Shown here piece by piece: positions 20,301 through 29,102 of a stretch of 64,000 bases of DNA. This DNA is from an uncultured Candidatus Saccharibacteria bacterium (GTDB lineage: Bacteria; Patescibacteriota; Minisyncoccia; Phycocordibacterales; UBA2100): assembly GCA_964594735.1 (NCBI GenBank), contig CAZQMS010000002.1, positions 50,023-114,022 on the forward strand, written 5' to 3'. The number at the start of each line of letters is the position of its first letter. Position 1 is the stretch's first letter. The position numbers and the translations under genes are program-made. The notes under the pieces were generated by a model that had not been told where the DNA came from, ran no database searches, and saw only the letters and a program-made list of their open reading frames with translations.

Positions 20301-23300
20301 TGCAAGCACATGGGTTTCGGTTGCAAATTCGAATGCCGGTGGAACGGCAGGGTATCAGATTGGTTATACGAGCGCGGGCGAGATGGCTTCCCTCTATAGT
20401 GATATGGCGACAAATGATTTGTACTTGAAAAACGTTGCTACGGGCGGAGATTTCCGCGTCCTCGTTGAAGACACTACAGAGGCACTGACAATCTTAAACA
20501 CCGGCAACGTCGGCATAGGGACGACGACGCCCGGGTCGCTGCTCAACCTGTATGGAACAGGAAGCGGTACGGAACTTCGAATCGACAATGGTGGTGCCGA
20601 CGGCGACCCGTTCGTAAGCTTTGCACTTTCTGGTACACAAACATGGATTGCGGGAATCGACGATAGCGATAGTGACACGTTCAAGATAAATGCCACTTCC
20701 GGCAACTTCAACACAACAGGCCTCGCCATCACCACTTCCGGCAACGTCGGCATCGGGACGGCGAGTCCGCAAGGTGGTCTTTCCGTTGCGAGCGCGCTCA
20801 CGAGCACATCTCCCAGCGTTGTGGGGTGGCATCTCGGGACAACAGGCGGAACGACAAATGGACTTGAATCGTACAATACCGCAGCTACATACCTCGACTT
20901 CAGCAGTGTTTCGGAGCGCGATTATGATTTCCGACAGATCTTCACCGCCTCCACGAACGATTTACAATTTATTTCTTCTTCTACAAATCCTATCCTAACG
21001 CTCAAAGGAACCGGCAACGTCGGCATCGGGACGGTGAGTCCTGCCACTGCACTGCACATGTTGGGTAACTTCAGGATTCGACCTACTGGCGCCAGTACCG
21101 ACCTCAATATTTTGTTGAATTCTTCCGACCTTAGCATAGAAGGGACCGGTAGCTTGCGGCTGTCGTCGTCAGGTTCATCGCTCAAATACACTGTTGGCGC
21201 CTCGGGTGTTGGCGAAGTAGACCACATCTTTTACGGTGGCGGTTCGACCGCGGTCGCGCGCATTGAATCAAACACGCAGGCCGAGTATGCGAGACTGTCA
21301 CTGCAATCTGGTACCGCAAACAATTTCAGCCAACCCTATTTCACTATCACGTCGAATGGAGGCTCGACTGGCAACATCTTTACACTCAATTCGGCTGGCA
21401 ACGTCGGAGTAGGGACGACGACGCCGTGGGCGAAGTTCTCGATTGCAAACAATACGGGCGACACGGCGGGCCAGGCGCTCTTCTCCATCTCTTCCTCCAC
21501 CGCATCCGCAACGACGACTCTCTTCCACGTAGCGAACAGCGGGAATGTGGGTATTGGGACGGCGAGTCCTAGTTACGGACTGGATGTAACGGGGACAGGA
21601 AGACTTACTTCAACATTTGCGTGGGGTACAAGCGGTGCCACATACATGTACACGATTGGAGGAACGCAGAGGTACGGTTATTCCACAGCGAACGCGAATG
21701 TTCTGTATTCAGGCGGGAGTGGTGGTCTAACGATTTGGAATCAAGCTGACAGCTCGGAACTTGTTCGCATTACCGATTCTGGCAACGTCGGCATCGGGAC
21801 GACGAGTCCGTATAAGCATTTATCGATAAGCAGTAGTGCCAACTCCGACACCTCAGTAGTCATCGCTAATACGCATGCCAGTTTTAGCGCCGCAGTTTCG
21901 TCGACATACCAAACCGCGACCAAACGTTTCGATGCAGGATTGCTCGGTAACAGTAATTCTGTTGCTCCGAACTCATACTATATATACGATTCCAATAACG
22001 ATGCATTCCGCTTCATTGTGGGCGCGACGGGTAACATTGGTGTCGGTACAACAAGTCCGACCAACAAGCTCTCAATCGAGTCCAACACTGCGACGATTGG
22101 AGGACTTGCGGAAAATCTCAGGGTTGCAGGGGATCAGTACGAAGTAGGCATCGGGCTCGCGAACTACGGCTCTGGCGGCAACACATGGTCGCTCATGGCA
22201 ACGCGGGGGAACTCGTCTTTCGGAGGTGCAAAATTCCTCATCGCTGATTCCGCAGCTAACCGTTTCGCAATCGACTCCTCCGGCAACGTCGGCATCGGGA
22301 CGACGTCGCCACTTACGAAACTTTCAGTTCAGGGCACTGCGGGTGACAACGACGTCTTCAACGTCGCGTCGTCGACGGGTGCGAGCATGTTCTATGTCGA
22401 TTCGAGCGGGAAGGTCGGCGTGGGCACGATGACGCCTGATTATGCCTTCACCGTAAGCGGCACCGCTGCGACGTATGCCAGCGTGCAAAATTCCGCCGAT
22501 GAAGAAGCCGGTATTTTCTTCAGCACTGCAGCAAACGGCGGCAACGGCTGGGCACTGTTTATGGACGGGTCCAACGTAAACGATTTGGGCGCGACGCACA
22601 GGCTCGGCTTCTATTCCACAGATCTCAGTGCGACCACGATGACGCTCGACGGTGTGACGGGGAATGTGGGAATCGGGACGACGACGCCGTACAGCAAGCT
22701 CACAGCATGGGGCGGCGCGAGCGGCAACATTTTTGAAGCGGTCACGTCGGCCTCGACCACGGCGCTTCGCATCGCGGCAGATGGATTTGCGACGACGACA
22801 CTTTCCGGTCTCAGCATCAGCGGCAGCGCGACATCCACGTCCAACGTCGGCTTCAACCTCACTGCCGGCTGCTTCTCTATAAATGGTACGTGCGTCGGTG
22901 GGGGCAGTGGTTCGGGTACGGTCGGTAGCGGCACTACGGGGTGGTTCCCGTACTATGCGGGAGATGGCACGACACTCACCGCCACCTCCTCGATCTTCCT
23001 CGCAACAAGCGGCAAGATCGGCATCGGGACGACGACGCCGCGCAGGGGGCTGTCTGTTGTATCTTCTTCAGCGGCAGACACCAATGCCGAGTTTACGAGT
23101 ACGGCAAATGACGGATTTGGGGGATTCAACATATACAATAACTTCGGCACGCTCGTTACATCACTAGTCCACTCCAATGCCGGGGCAAGCGTTAATGCCA
23201 GTTCGACCTGGTTTGGTACAAGAAATGATGAGTCGCTACATCTTGTCACCAATGGCGCAACTCCGCGCCTGACTATCGACTCTTCCGGCGACGTCGGCAT

Positions 23301-24477
23301 CGGGACGACAACTCCGCGCTCGTTGCTCCATGTGGCGGGTACCGACCTCAGCTCGTTCACCGGCACAAGCAACGGCCTGCTGACTGTCGACGGTACATCG
23401 GGCAACAATTCGTATTATCAGGCGATCGATTTCAACGCGAGCGTAGTGAATGGGCGCACAACCCCCTTGGCGCGAATCGCGTCGCAGCGAACTGGGTCTG
23501 GCTCGTACCTCTACTTCGGTACGTCGAACAGTTATGCATCTGGTATTACCAACACCGCTCTTACGATTAATCCGAGTGGCAACGTCGGTATCGGTACGAC
23601 GACGCCGTATGCGAAGCTGACCGTATGGGGAAGCGGGACGGGGACGAATCCGCTGAGCGAGTGGGTCGACAGCGCGTCGACCACGATTGCGCGCATCCTC
23701 GAGAACGGCACGGCGTATTTCGCGGGCAACCTCGGCGTGGGCACCACATCGCCATTCCGCAAATTCTCGGTGACAGCGGCAGCAGCGAATCCGCAGGTGG
23801 CTATCTCGTACGACGATTCCACGGTTGCCTCGCTCCAGGTAGATTCGACGGGCGACCTCATCGTGACGGCGAGCGGACAGAATGTACTCCTCAACGACGA
23901 CAACATGCTCGTCTGCGCATCCGGATGCCCCACGTCGCCGACCGGCGCGGGCAAGCTCTACGTAGAGACGGCAGCGGGAATAGGCACCACGACTCCTGCG
24001 GCCAAGCTCACCATAGAGACGCAAGACAGCTCGACCAACTTCATCCAGGTCGCTTCGACCACCGCGCAGTCTATATTTGTCATCAATGCCAACGGCAACG
24101 TGGGCGTGGGTACGTCGACGCCGTTTGCCAAATTCACCGTGGGTGCAAATGGCGCGATTGCGACGGTAGAAAACAGCCTCTCCGATGGCGCGACGGTGGC
24201 TATCAACTGGCGCGACGGCAACCAGCAGAAGGTCGTGCTCGGCGGCAACCGCACGATTACATTCTCCAACTTCATCGCCGGACAAATCCTGCGCCTCGTC
24301 GTCTGCCAAGACGGCACGGGAAGCCGCACGCTCACGTGGCCTGCCGTCGTGCGCTGGCAGGGGGGAAGCGCGCCGACACTCACCACTACCGCCAACAGCT
24401 GCGACCTCGTCTCATTTGTCGCGACCAATGCCACGTCGAGCTTGGTGGTCTTTGGTGCTGCGGCGTTGGACTTCTAA
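17362..24477 (+). CDS. Giant fibre protein A (~2370 aa). Excisionase-like HTH N-terminal domain, single TM helix, long Thr/Gly/Ser-rich beta-helix-like repeat region with GNVGIGTTTP repeats, and a distinct C-terminal tip domain without S74.
   Basis: N-terminus MSNEIFFDGLKYISAGDASETTGLSRDYIARLCRDGKLRGRRVGKNWYV. TM helix FVAIFVAFTMTFGTYAFV. More than 15 copies of [GS]GNVG[IV]GT[TA][ST]P...K[LF]. The ORF track start at 17281 is probably an N-terminal over-extension. Confidence 0.85.
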   Translation: MSNEIFFDGLKYISAGDASETTGLSRDYIARLCRDGKLRGRRVGKNWYVDEESLRRFGIEQEHQKAVRRVQLSEERVREYRGAADKPQSLKLQVESEKATAVTAVTSHESPVTPKVAQPVAPTAVTKTFAAHAKHVQDKLAAAALAQSARVAHAMPSIAAAPSGVHEAVARTLSHAHVHVPVYTLTPAAEFLQKFVAIFVAFTMTFGTYAFVDPAYARFAVESARGFLASTTESLARIDDAADRAMRVAHSSAYFAAENPEVALAQVSSATLAFIPNALQNLARSFNTSVDTFVYNILFSDGATNSLALTPLDPGFVDATAPYERAQQLAAQTSVPPTVATSTTTVITNERIVERIIETERIVAAAGGINDADLELRLSALEQRLTGLVAGVSTAQTTSVNNVYQTVALTNKIDQLSSVDISDSTITGGTLSGVSLSDISFSGTATTTFANGIDLADGCFAVDGACITGGGGSVDTSVSNNWTALQIFSGGASSTNFSNFGTAYFGGSATTTIDSTGALSLANLTNSLLWVNGSGTVAATTTPTAAYFIATSTSLASSFPYASSTALSVSGTAFFPGSGIWDSSGNVGVGDTTPSYALDVNGVVATNNYFFNTNTAATQVLLNSGTTYYGNIQNESGSPDRWSLGYGTTNTTALKTPVLTWTSGGNVGIGTSTPWAKFSIANSTGDTAGQALFTISSSTASATTTLFHVANSGNVGVGTSSPMGLFSVSGQMTSDSWCSNTLSVCVYPSSGFFAIRNRANSAYAPVSLANVYFGDANVYVGGAGITDTGSTLTVGGNLSAHAFYDKGNTAYYLDPAAATSLIVAGKVGVGTTSPLAKFAVHANNGETNTRLFEIASSTASATTTHFVVTNSGNVGVGTASPSGKLHVENGRFLATRSSNSKAAHIASFGSSASAGNSLIIYGGNNSGDPMYIGTDYWSSDGQLRLGTYTTPDTIALATNGNVGIGTTDPQALLQVRKNQAASTWVSVANSNAGGTAGYQIGYTSAGEMASLYSDMATNDLYLKNVATGGDFRVLVEDTTEALTILNTGNVGIGTTTPGSLLNLYGTGSGTELRIDNGGADGDPFVSFALSGTQTWIAGIDDSDSDTFKINATSGNFNTTGLAITTSGNVGIGTASPQGGLSVASALTSTSPSVVGWHLGTTGGTTNGLESYNTAATYLDFSSVSERDYDFRQIFTASTNDLQFISSSTNPILTLKGTGNVGIGTVSPATALHMLGNFRIRPTGASTDLNILLNSSDLSIEGTGSLRLSSSGSSLKYTVGASGVGEVDHIFYGGGSTAVARIESNTQAEYARLSLQSGTANNFSQPYFTITSNGGSTGNIFTLNSAGNVGVGTTTPWAKFSIANNTGDTAGQALFSISSSTASATTTLFHVANSGNVGIGTASPSYGLDVTGTGRLTSTFAWGTSGATYMYTIGGTQRYGYSTANANVLYSGGSGGLTIWNQADSSELVRITDSGNVGIGTTSPYKHLSISSSANSDTSVVIANTHASFSAAVSSTYQTATKRFDAGLLGNSNSVAPNSYYIYDSNNDAFRFIVGATGNIGVGTTSPTNKLSIESNTATIGGLAENLRVAGDQYEVGIGLANYGSGGNTWSLMATRGNSSFGGAKFLIADSAANRFAIDSSGNVGIGTTSPLTKLSVQGTAGDNDVFNVASSTGASMFYVDSSGKVGVGTMTPDYAFTVSGTAATYASVQNSADEEAGIFFSTAANGGNGWALFMDGSNVNDLGATHRLGFYSTDLSATTMTLDGVTGNVGIGTTTPYSKLTAWGGASGNIFEAVTSASTTALRIAADGFATTTLSGLSISGSATSTSNVGFNLTAGCFSINGTCVGGGSGSGTVGSGTTGWFPYYAGDGTTLTATSSIFLATSGKIGIGTTTPRRGLSVVSSSAADTNAEFTSTANDGFGGFNIYNNFGTLVTSLVHSNAGASVNASSTWFGTRNDESLHLVTNGATPRLTIDSSGDVGIGTTTPRSLLHVAGTDLSSFTGTSNGLLTVDGTSGNNSYYQAIDFNASVVNGRTTPLARIASQRTGSGSYLYFGTSNSYASGITNTALTINPSGNVGIGTTTPYAKLTVWGSGTGTNPLSEWVDSASTTIARILENGTAYFAGNLGVGTTSPFRKFSVTAAAANPQVAISYDDSTVASLQVDSTGDLIVTASGQNVLLNDDNMLVCASGCPTSPTGAGKLYVETAAGIGTTTPAAKLTIETQDSSTNFIQVASTTAQSIFVINANGNVGVGTSTPFAKFTVGANGAIATVENSLSDGATVAINWRDGNQQKVVLGGNRTITFSNFIAGQILRLVVCQDGTGSRTLTWPAVVRWQGGSAPTLTTTANSCDLVSFVATNATSSLVVFGAAALDF
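19363..19525 (+). repeat. ~165-bp unit repeated at 21398-21565 (same gene) and 35365-35530 (giant gene B), ~85-90% identity
   Basis: All three encode GNVG[IV]GT[ST]TPWAKFSIAN[SN]TGDTAGQALF[TS]ISSSTASATTTLFHVANSG. Confidence 0.75.
22655..22915 (+). repeat. ~260-bp segment ~90% identical to 34555-34815 (giant gene A vs B)
   Basis: Both encode TTTPYSKLT[AV]WGG..GNIFEAVTSASTTALRIAADGFATTTLSGL.ISGSATSTSNVGFNL..GCF.INGTCVGGGSG, with largely identical DNA. Confidence 0.75.
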
Positions 24478-24483
24478 TCATCT

Positions 24484-24969
24484 ATGACAACTATTCACCA
24501 ATTCGAAGACATGATGGCCTGGAAGAAGGCGAGGGAGCTCGCACGCGAGGTCTACACGGCGTTGCGCAGCAACAAGGACCGCGGATTTACCGACCAGATT
24601 CAGAGGGCAAGCGTTTCTGTCGTCTCGAACATCGCAGAAGGATTTGAAAGCGGCACGCGCGATATGTTCCTCAATTATCTCTACATCGCAAAAGGTTCGT
24701 GTGGGGAAGTGCGCGCGCAGCTCTACATCGCACACGACATCGGATACATAAACGTTCAAACATTTACATATTTGAATGACCTTGCTTTGCAGACTTCGCG
24801 GCTGATTTCTTCTTTCATCAAAGCGCTCAAGGGTTCGCCTCATCAGGGACTGCAGAGGAAGAAGGAACAGACGAAAGAAGAGAAATCCACAGAAGAATTT
24901 CTCCAGGATGCGCGCAAAGAACTAGCGAAAGTGATGCCGCACATATACGGGGTGGATGCGAAGAAATGA
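24484..24969 (+). CDS. Four-helix-bundle protein (23S rRNA intervening-sequence protein family, PF05635/TIGR02436) with a Lys/Glu-rich C-terminal tail
   Basis: DMMAWKKARELAREVY...SVVSNIAEGFESGTRDMFLNYLYIAKGSCGEVRAQLYIAHDIGYI matches the family consensus. Starts 7 bp after giant gene A. Confidence 0.85.
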   Translation: MTTIHQFEDMMAWKKARELAREVYTALRSNKDRGFTDQIQRASVSVVSNIAEGFESGTRDMFLNYLYIAKGSCGEVRAQLYIAHDIGYINVQTFTYLNDLALQTSRLISSFIKALKGSPHQGLQRKKEQTKEEKSTEEFLQDARKELAKVMPHIYGVDAKK

Positions 24970-27900
24970 ATATGTATAAACGTTTTAACATTCAAGGTGT
25001 AATGGAAAATGCGTGGCGCTGGCGGCTCGTCATAGCTGCAGCTCTGGCTATCGGCTACTTCACCGCGCAATTCGCCCTGCTCCAGCTCCCGCAGGCGGAG
25101 GCGGCGTATACGATAGGCAACAGCGCGCGCTTCAACGACGATGATAGCGCGTATCTCACGCGCACTCCTTCTTCCGGTGGTAATCGCCAGAAGTTTACCC
25201 TCAGCGTCTGGTTCAAGCGCGGCAACTTGTCGACCGCGCAGTACATATTCCAGGCGGGTGCTGACAACAACAACCGGACCATAGTCGGGGAGTTTCGAAG
25301 CGCTGGATCAGTGGACGCAATTCGAGTCGCGCAAGTCGACGCTGGTGTAGTAACTCTTCTTGAGGATACCTGTGGCGTGTTTCGTGACCCTGCCGCTTGG
25401 CAACACCTTGTGGTGGCTGTCGATACCACTCAAGCCGCTGGGGCAGATCGGGTGCGTGTGTACGTCGACGGTATACAGCACGACCCTTGCACGAGCGAAA
25501 CAACGATTACACAAAATACAAACACGTACGTAAATCACACGGTTGCACAGTACGTAGGCACCAACTTGGGCACAGGGAGCTTTTACGACGGCTATATGGC
25601 AGATGTGCACTTCATCGACGGGCAGGCGCTCACACCGAGCGACTTCGGCGAATACGACGACAACGGCTACTGGCGGCCTAAGAGTTACACGGGCACGTAC
25701 GGTACCAATGGCTTCAAGTTCAATTTCGGCAACGGAAGCGAACTCGGCGACGACGTAAGCGGCAACGCGAACGACTGGACGGCCACCAACATGGACGCAA
25801 CCGACCAAGTCATCGACACGCCGACAAATTCGTTTGCAACCTGGAATTACCTTGTACAAAGCGGTATCTCTCAAGGCAACTTGCGAGCTGTCACGATCGG
25901 TAGTTACAGCACGACAGGTTTTCTGCACCTAACCGACATTCCGGTGGAAAGCGGATCATTCTACTGCGAGGTGACGCAGGTTAGCGAAACTGATGCGGTC
26001 ACTGCGGTCGTCGGAGTATACGCCCCTTCCGCTGCGGTATACACACAGGCCGGATCGGAGCCGTACCGTGTCGCATACCGCAGCGACGGTCAAAAGGACG
26101 TTGTTGGTACTGCATCAGCATACGGCGCTTCATGGGATCCGGGAGACATTATCGGTGTCGCACTCAATGCGAGCACAAATGCAGTCGAATTCTACAAAAA
26201 CGGATCTGCGCAAGGCAGTATCGATATTCCGTTTTCGGGCCCGTACGTGCTTCTCGTTCACGACCATACCGGGTCCCAGACGGCGACCCTCGATTTGAAC
26301 TGCGGTCAGGGTGGGCAAAGCGGTCTCACGTACGACAGCGCGAGCGGAGGATACTTTGAATACACGCCACCAAGCGGTTTCAAGGCGCTCTCCACATCCA
26401 ATCTGCCCGAGCCGGATGTGGCGGTGCCCAAGAATTATTTTGATGCGGTGACGTACACAGGCACGGGTGCGCCGCTCAACGTCCTCCAGACGGGTACAAG
26501 CACCAATGGGACGGGCTTCATACCTGACCTTGTGTGGCTCAAGGGCAGAGCCACGTCGACGAGCCATGGTCTTTTCGATTCAATCCGCGGAGTGGTGCAG
26601 CGGCTCGCGCCAGAAGTGAATACTGCGGAGACTACGGAGACAGAATCGCTCACCGGTCTCGTGCCGCTTGGGTACGTATCGCAGCTCACCAATCCCGGCG
26701 GCAACAACGAGCTGGACAACGCGCGCGGTGTCTTTGTGGTCGGCAACTACGCATACGTCACCAACGAAACGCGTGACTCTCTTGCGGTGATAGACGTATC
26801 CGACCCTGCGAATCCAACATTCGTGACTGAGGTGCGGAACCCCAATGGCAGCAACGAACTCGATGGCGCGCGAGGCATATACGTCAGCGGCAACTATGCG
26901 TACGTGGCTACCGTTACTCGTGACTCACTCGCCATCATCGACATCTCGAATCCGCTTAGCCCCAGCTTTGTGACCGAGGTCATAAGCCCCAATGGTAGCA
27001 ACGAGCTCGATGGTGCAACGGGGGTGTATGTTTCGGGAAATTACGCGTATGTCGCCGCAGCCACCCGAGACTCACTGGTCATTCTCGACATTTCCAACCC
27101 CGCAAGCCCGAGCTACGTGTCAGAAGTGCGCAGTCCAGGGGGCAACAATGAACTCGACGGTGCCTTTAGTGTGTTCGTGCAGGGCAACTACGCCTATGTG
27201 GCCAACCTCACCCGCGATTCACTCGTGGTCATCGACGTTTCCACCCCGGCGAGCCCGAGCTTCCTCGCTGAGGTGCGCGACCCAGGAGGACAAAACGAGC
27301 TCAATGGCGCAGCTGTTGTGTCTGTGCAGGGGAACTACGCATACGTATCTGCGAATACACGGGATTCGCTCGTCGTTATCGATATATCCACTCCGGCGAG
27401 TCCGAGCTACGTGACAGAACTCCGTACGGGTTCGGGCGGTCTGCTCAATGCCATACACGGACTCTACGTGTCGGGCAGCTATGCATACGCCACAGCGGAG
27501 GCGCGTGACTCACTCGCCATTATCGATATATCGACCCCGACAAGCCCGAAGTTTGTCACCGAAGTTCGCCCCGGAGGAACCGATGGCCTTCTCAACGGAG
27601 CGCGCGGAGTCTTTGCGCTTGGCGACTATGTGTACGTAACCACCGGAGCAGGTGATGCGTTCACGATTATACAGGCGACCGATTGGCCGAGCGGCTTTAC
27701 GGTCGGTACCGATACCGAGTTCAACTACTCCGGAGAGACGTACGCCTCATGGCTCTGGAAAGAAAGTGTGACGAGCGGCTTCGATATCGTGACGTATACC
27801 GGTACCGATGCGAGCAATCGCAATGTATCGCATTCGCTCGGTGTCACACCGGACTTCGCCATCGTCAAGGATCGCAACAATGCGATGAGCTGGTACGCGT

Positions 27901-29102
27901 GGCACAGCTCGTTTTCGGGAGCGACCACATTCGCGATAGTCGATACGGATGCCGCCACGTCGACCACGAGTTCACCGTGGGGGACCGGGAGTTGGACATC
28001 GTCTACATTCCGCGTCACCAACGACGCAACCAACAACACAAACGCGCTGGATATTACAGGTACGGAACTGCTTCTCCAGGGCGACGGTGCAGATGCCGCG
28101 ACGACTTTTACAGACAGCTCTCCGGTCGGTCGCACCATGACCGCCAACGGCAACGTGCAGATAGACACTGCGCAGAGCAAGTTCGGTGGTTCATCAATAC
28201 TTTTCGACGGGACAGGCGACTACCTGAGCGTGGCAGACAACGGTGATTTCGACTTTGGTACAGGGAACTTCACGATCGATGTGTGGGTCCGCTTCACCGA
28301 CAGCACCGGAAGTCACACAATCCTGAGCGGGCTTGATAGCGGCGACCTGATGTTTGCCAAAGATACCGATGGCTCCTTGCGCTGGGGTCGGTCACTCGTC
28401 GCATGGGACACGATTACCCCCGACCTGACGTGGACCAACGGCGTCTGGTATCACCTTGCGGTGACGCGTTCTGGCAATTCCGTGAGGATATTCAGGGATG
28501 GTGTGCTGATAGATACCGAGACAGAGACCCAATCGTACAACGTTACGACGACCTTTGCCGTAGGGCAGCGCGAGGGCACACACTTTTTCAACGGGCACAT
28601 GGATCAGCTCCGTATCGACAAAGGTACGGCGCGTTGGACGGCGGCGTTTACACCCTCGACTGTCGCGTATCACGACGGCAGCTACGTCGCCTACCTCTTT
28701 GCTGCAAAGGAGGGCTTTTCCGACTTTGGCATCTATACGGGCAATGGCAGTGCGGACGGGCCGTTCGTATACACCGGCTTTAAGCCGCGGTTCATCATGT
28801 TTAAGCGCACCAACAGTACAGCCAACTGGCGCATCATGGACTCGGCTCGCTCGACGTACAACCCTGCCACGCACCTCCTTTTCCCGAGCGTATCCACCGC
28901 AGAGACGACCACTGACTCGGTGGACTTCCTCGCCAATGGTTTCAAGCTCCGTAGTACAAGCACCAACATAAACGGAGGCAGCAACCAGTATATCTATGCC
29001 GCATTTGCCGACGTGCCCTTTAAATACTCGGCAAGCACGCCAGCAGTAGAGGCGGGTGTGAACAACGGATTTATTCCGTTCCTCATCGGAATGGAGATAT
29101 GA
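24966..29102 (+). CDS. Large surface protein (1378 aa): signal-anchor, ConA-like/LamG lectin-like domains, an 8-blade LVIVD-repeat beta-propeller, and a C-terminal Laminin_G_3 domain
   Basis: Eight ~42-aa repeats of the form GNYAYVA..TRDSLxVIDVSxPxSPSxVxEVRxPGGxNELDGA (LVIVD repeat, PF08309). C-terminal ...GNFTIDVWVRF...WYHLAVTRSGNSVRIFRDGVL...GHMDQLRID is a LamG-like lectin fold. ATGA overlap with the upstream gene. Confidence 0.85.
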   Translation: MNMYKRFNIQGVMENAWRWRLVIAAALAIGYFTAQFALLQLPQAEAAYTIGNSARFNDDDSAYLTRTPSSGGNRQKFTLSVWFKRGNLSTAQYIFQAGADNNNRTIVGEFRSAGSVDAIRVAQVDAGVVTLLEDTCGVFRDPAAWQHLVVAVDTTQAAGADRVRVYVDGIQHDPCTSETTITQNTNTYVNHTVAQYVGTNLGTGSFYDGYMADVHFIDGQALTPSDFGEYDDNGYWRPKSYTGTYGTNGFKFNFGNGSELGDDVSGNANDWTATNMDATDQVIDTPTNSFATWNYLVQSGISQGNLRAVTIGSYSTTGFLHLTDIPVESGSFYCEVTQVSETDAVTAVVGVYAPSAAVYTQAGSEPYRVAYRSDGQKDVVGTASAYGASWDPGDIIGVALNASTNAVEFYKNGSAQGSIDIPFSGPYVLLVHDHTGSQTATLDLNCGQGGQSGLTYDSASGGYFEYTPPSGFKALSTSNLPEPDVAVPKNYFDAVTYTGTGAPLNVLQTGTSTNGTGFIPDLVWLKGRATSTSHGLFDSIRGVVQRLAPEVNTAETTETESLTGLVPLGYVSQLTNPGGNNELDNARGVFVVGNYAYVTNETRDSLAVIDVSDPANPTFVTEVRNPNGSNELDGARGIYVSGNYAYVATVTRDSLAIIDISNPLSPSFVTEVISPNGSNELDGATGVYVSGNYAYVAAATRDSLVILDISNPASPSYVSEVRSPGGNNELDGAFSVFVQGNYAYVANLTRDSLVVIDVSTPASPSFLAEVRDPGGQNELNGAAVVSVQGNYAYVSANTRDSLVVIDISTPASPSYVTELRTGSGGLLNAIHGLYVSGSYAYATAEARDSLAIIDISTPTSPKFVTEVRPGGTDGLLNGARGVFALGDYVYVTTGAGDAFTIIQATDWPSGFTVGTDTEFNYSGETYASWLWKESVTSGFDIVTYTGTDASNRNVSHSLGVTPDFAIVKDRNNAMSWYAWHSSFSGATTFAIVDTDAATSTTSSPWGTGSWTSSTFRVTNDATNNTNALDITGTELLLQGDGADAATTFTDSSPVGRTMTANGNVQIDTAQSKFGGSSILFDGTGDYLSVADNGDFDFGTGNFTIDVWVRFTDSTGSHTILSGLDSGDLMFAKDTDGSLRWGRSLVAWDTITPDLTWTNGVWYHLAVTRSGNSVRIFRDGVLIDTETETQSYNVTTTFAVGQREGTHFFNGHMDQLRIDKGTARWTAAFTPSTVAYHDGSYVAYLFAAKEGFSDFGIYTGNGSADGPFVYTGFKPRFIMFKRTNSTANWRIMDSARSTYNPATHLLFPSVSTAETTTDSVDFLANGFKLRSTSTNINGGSNQYIYAAFADVPFKYSASTPAVEAGVNNGFIPFLIGMEI
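26640..27660 (+). repeat. Eight tandem ~126-bp repeats encoding the LVIVD beta-propeller blades
   Basis: Recurrent ...GGCAACTACGCATACGT... / ...GACTCACTCG...ATCGAC... units visible in nucleotide and protein sequence. Confidence 0.7.

Noticed and set aside
17550-24434. Numerous 100-360-aa ORFs on both strands inside giant gene A, e.g. 23236-24309(-) and 23625-24647(+)
   Set aside because: They are alternative frames of a repeat-rich GC-rich gene. The plus-frame giant ORF is uninterrupted for 7.2 kb with coherent repeats and paralogs.
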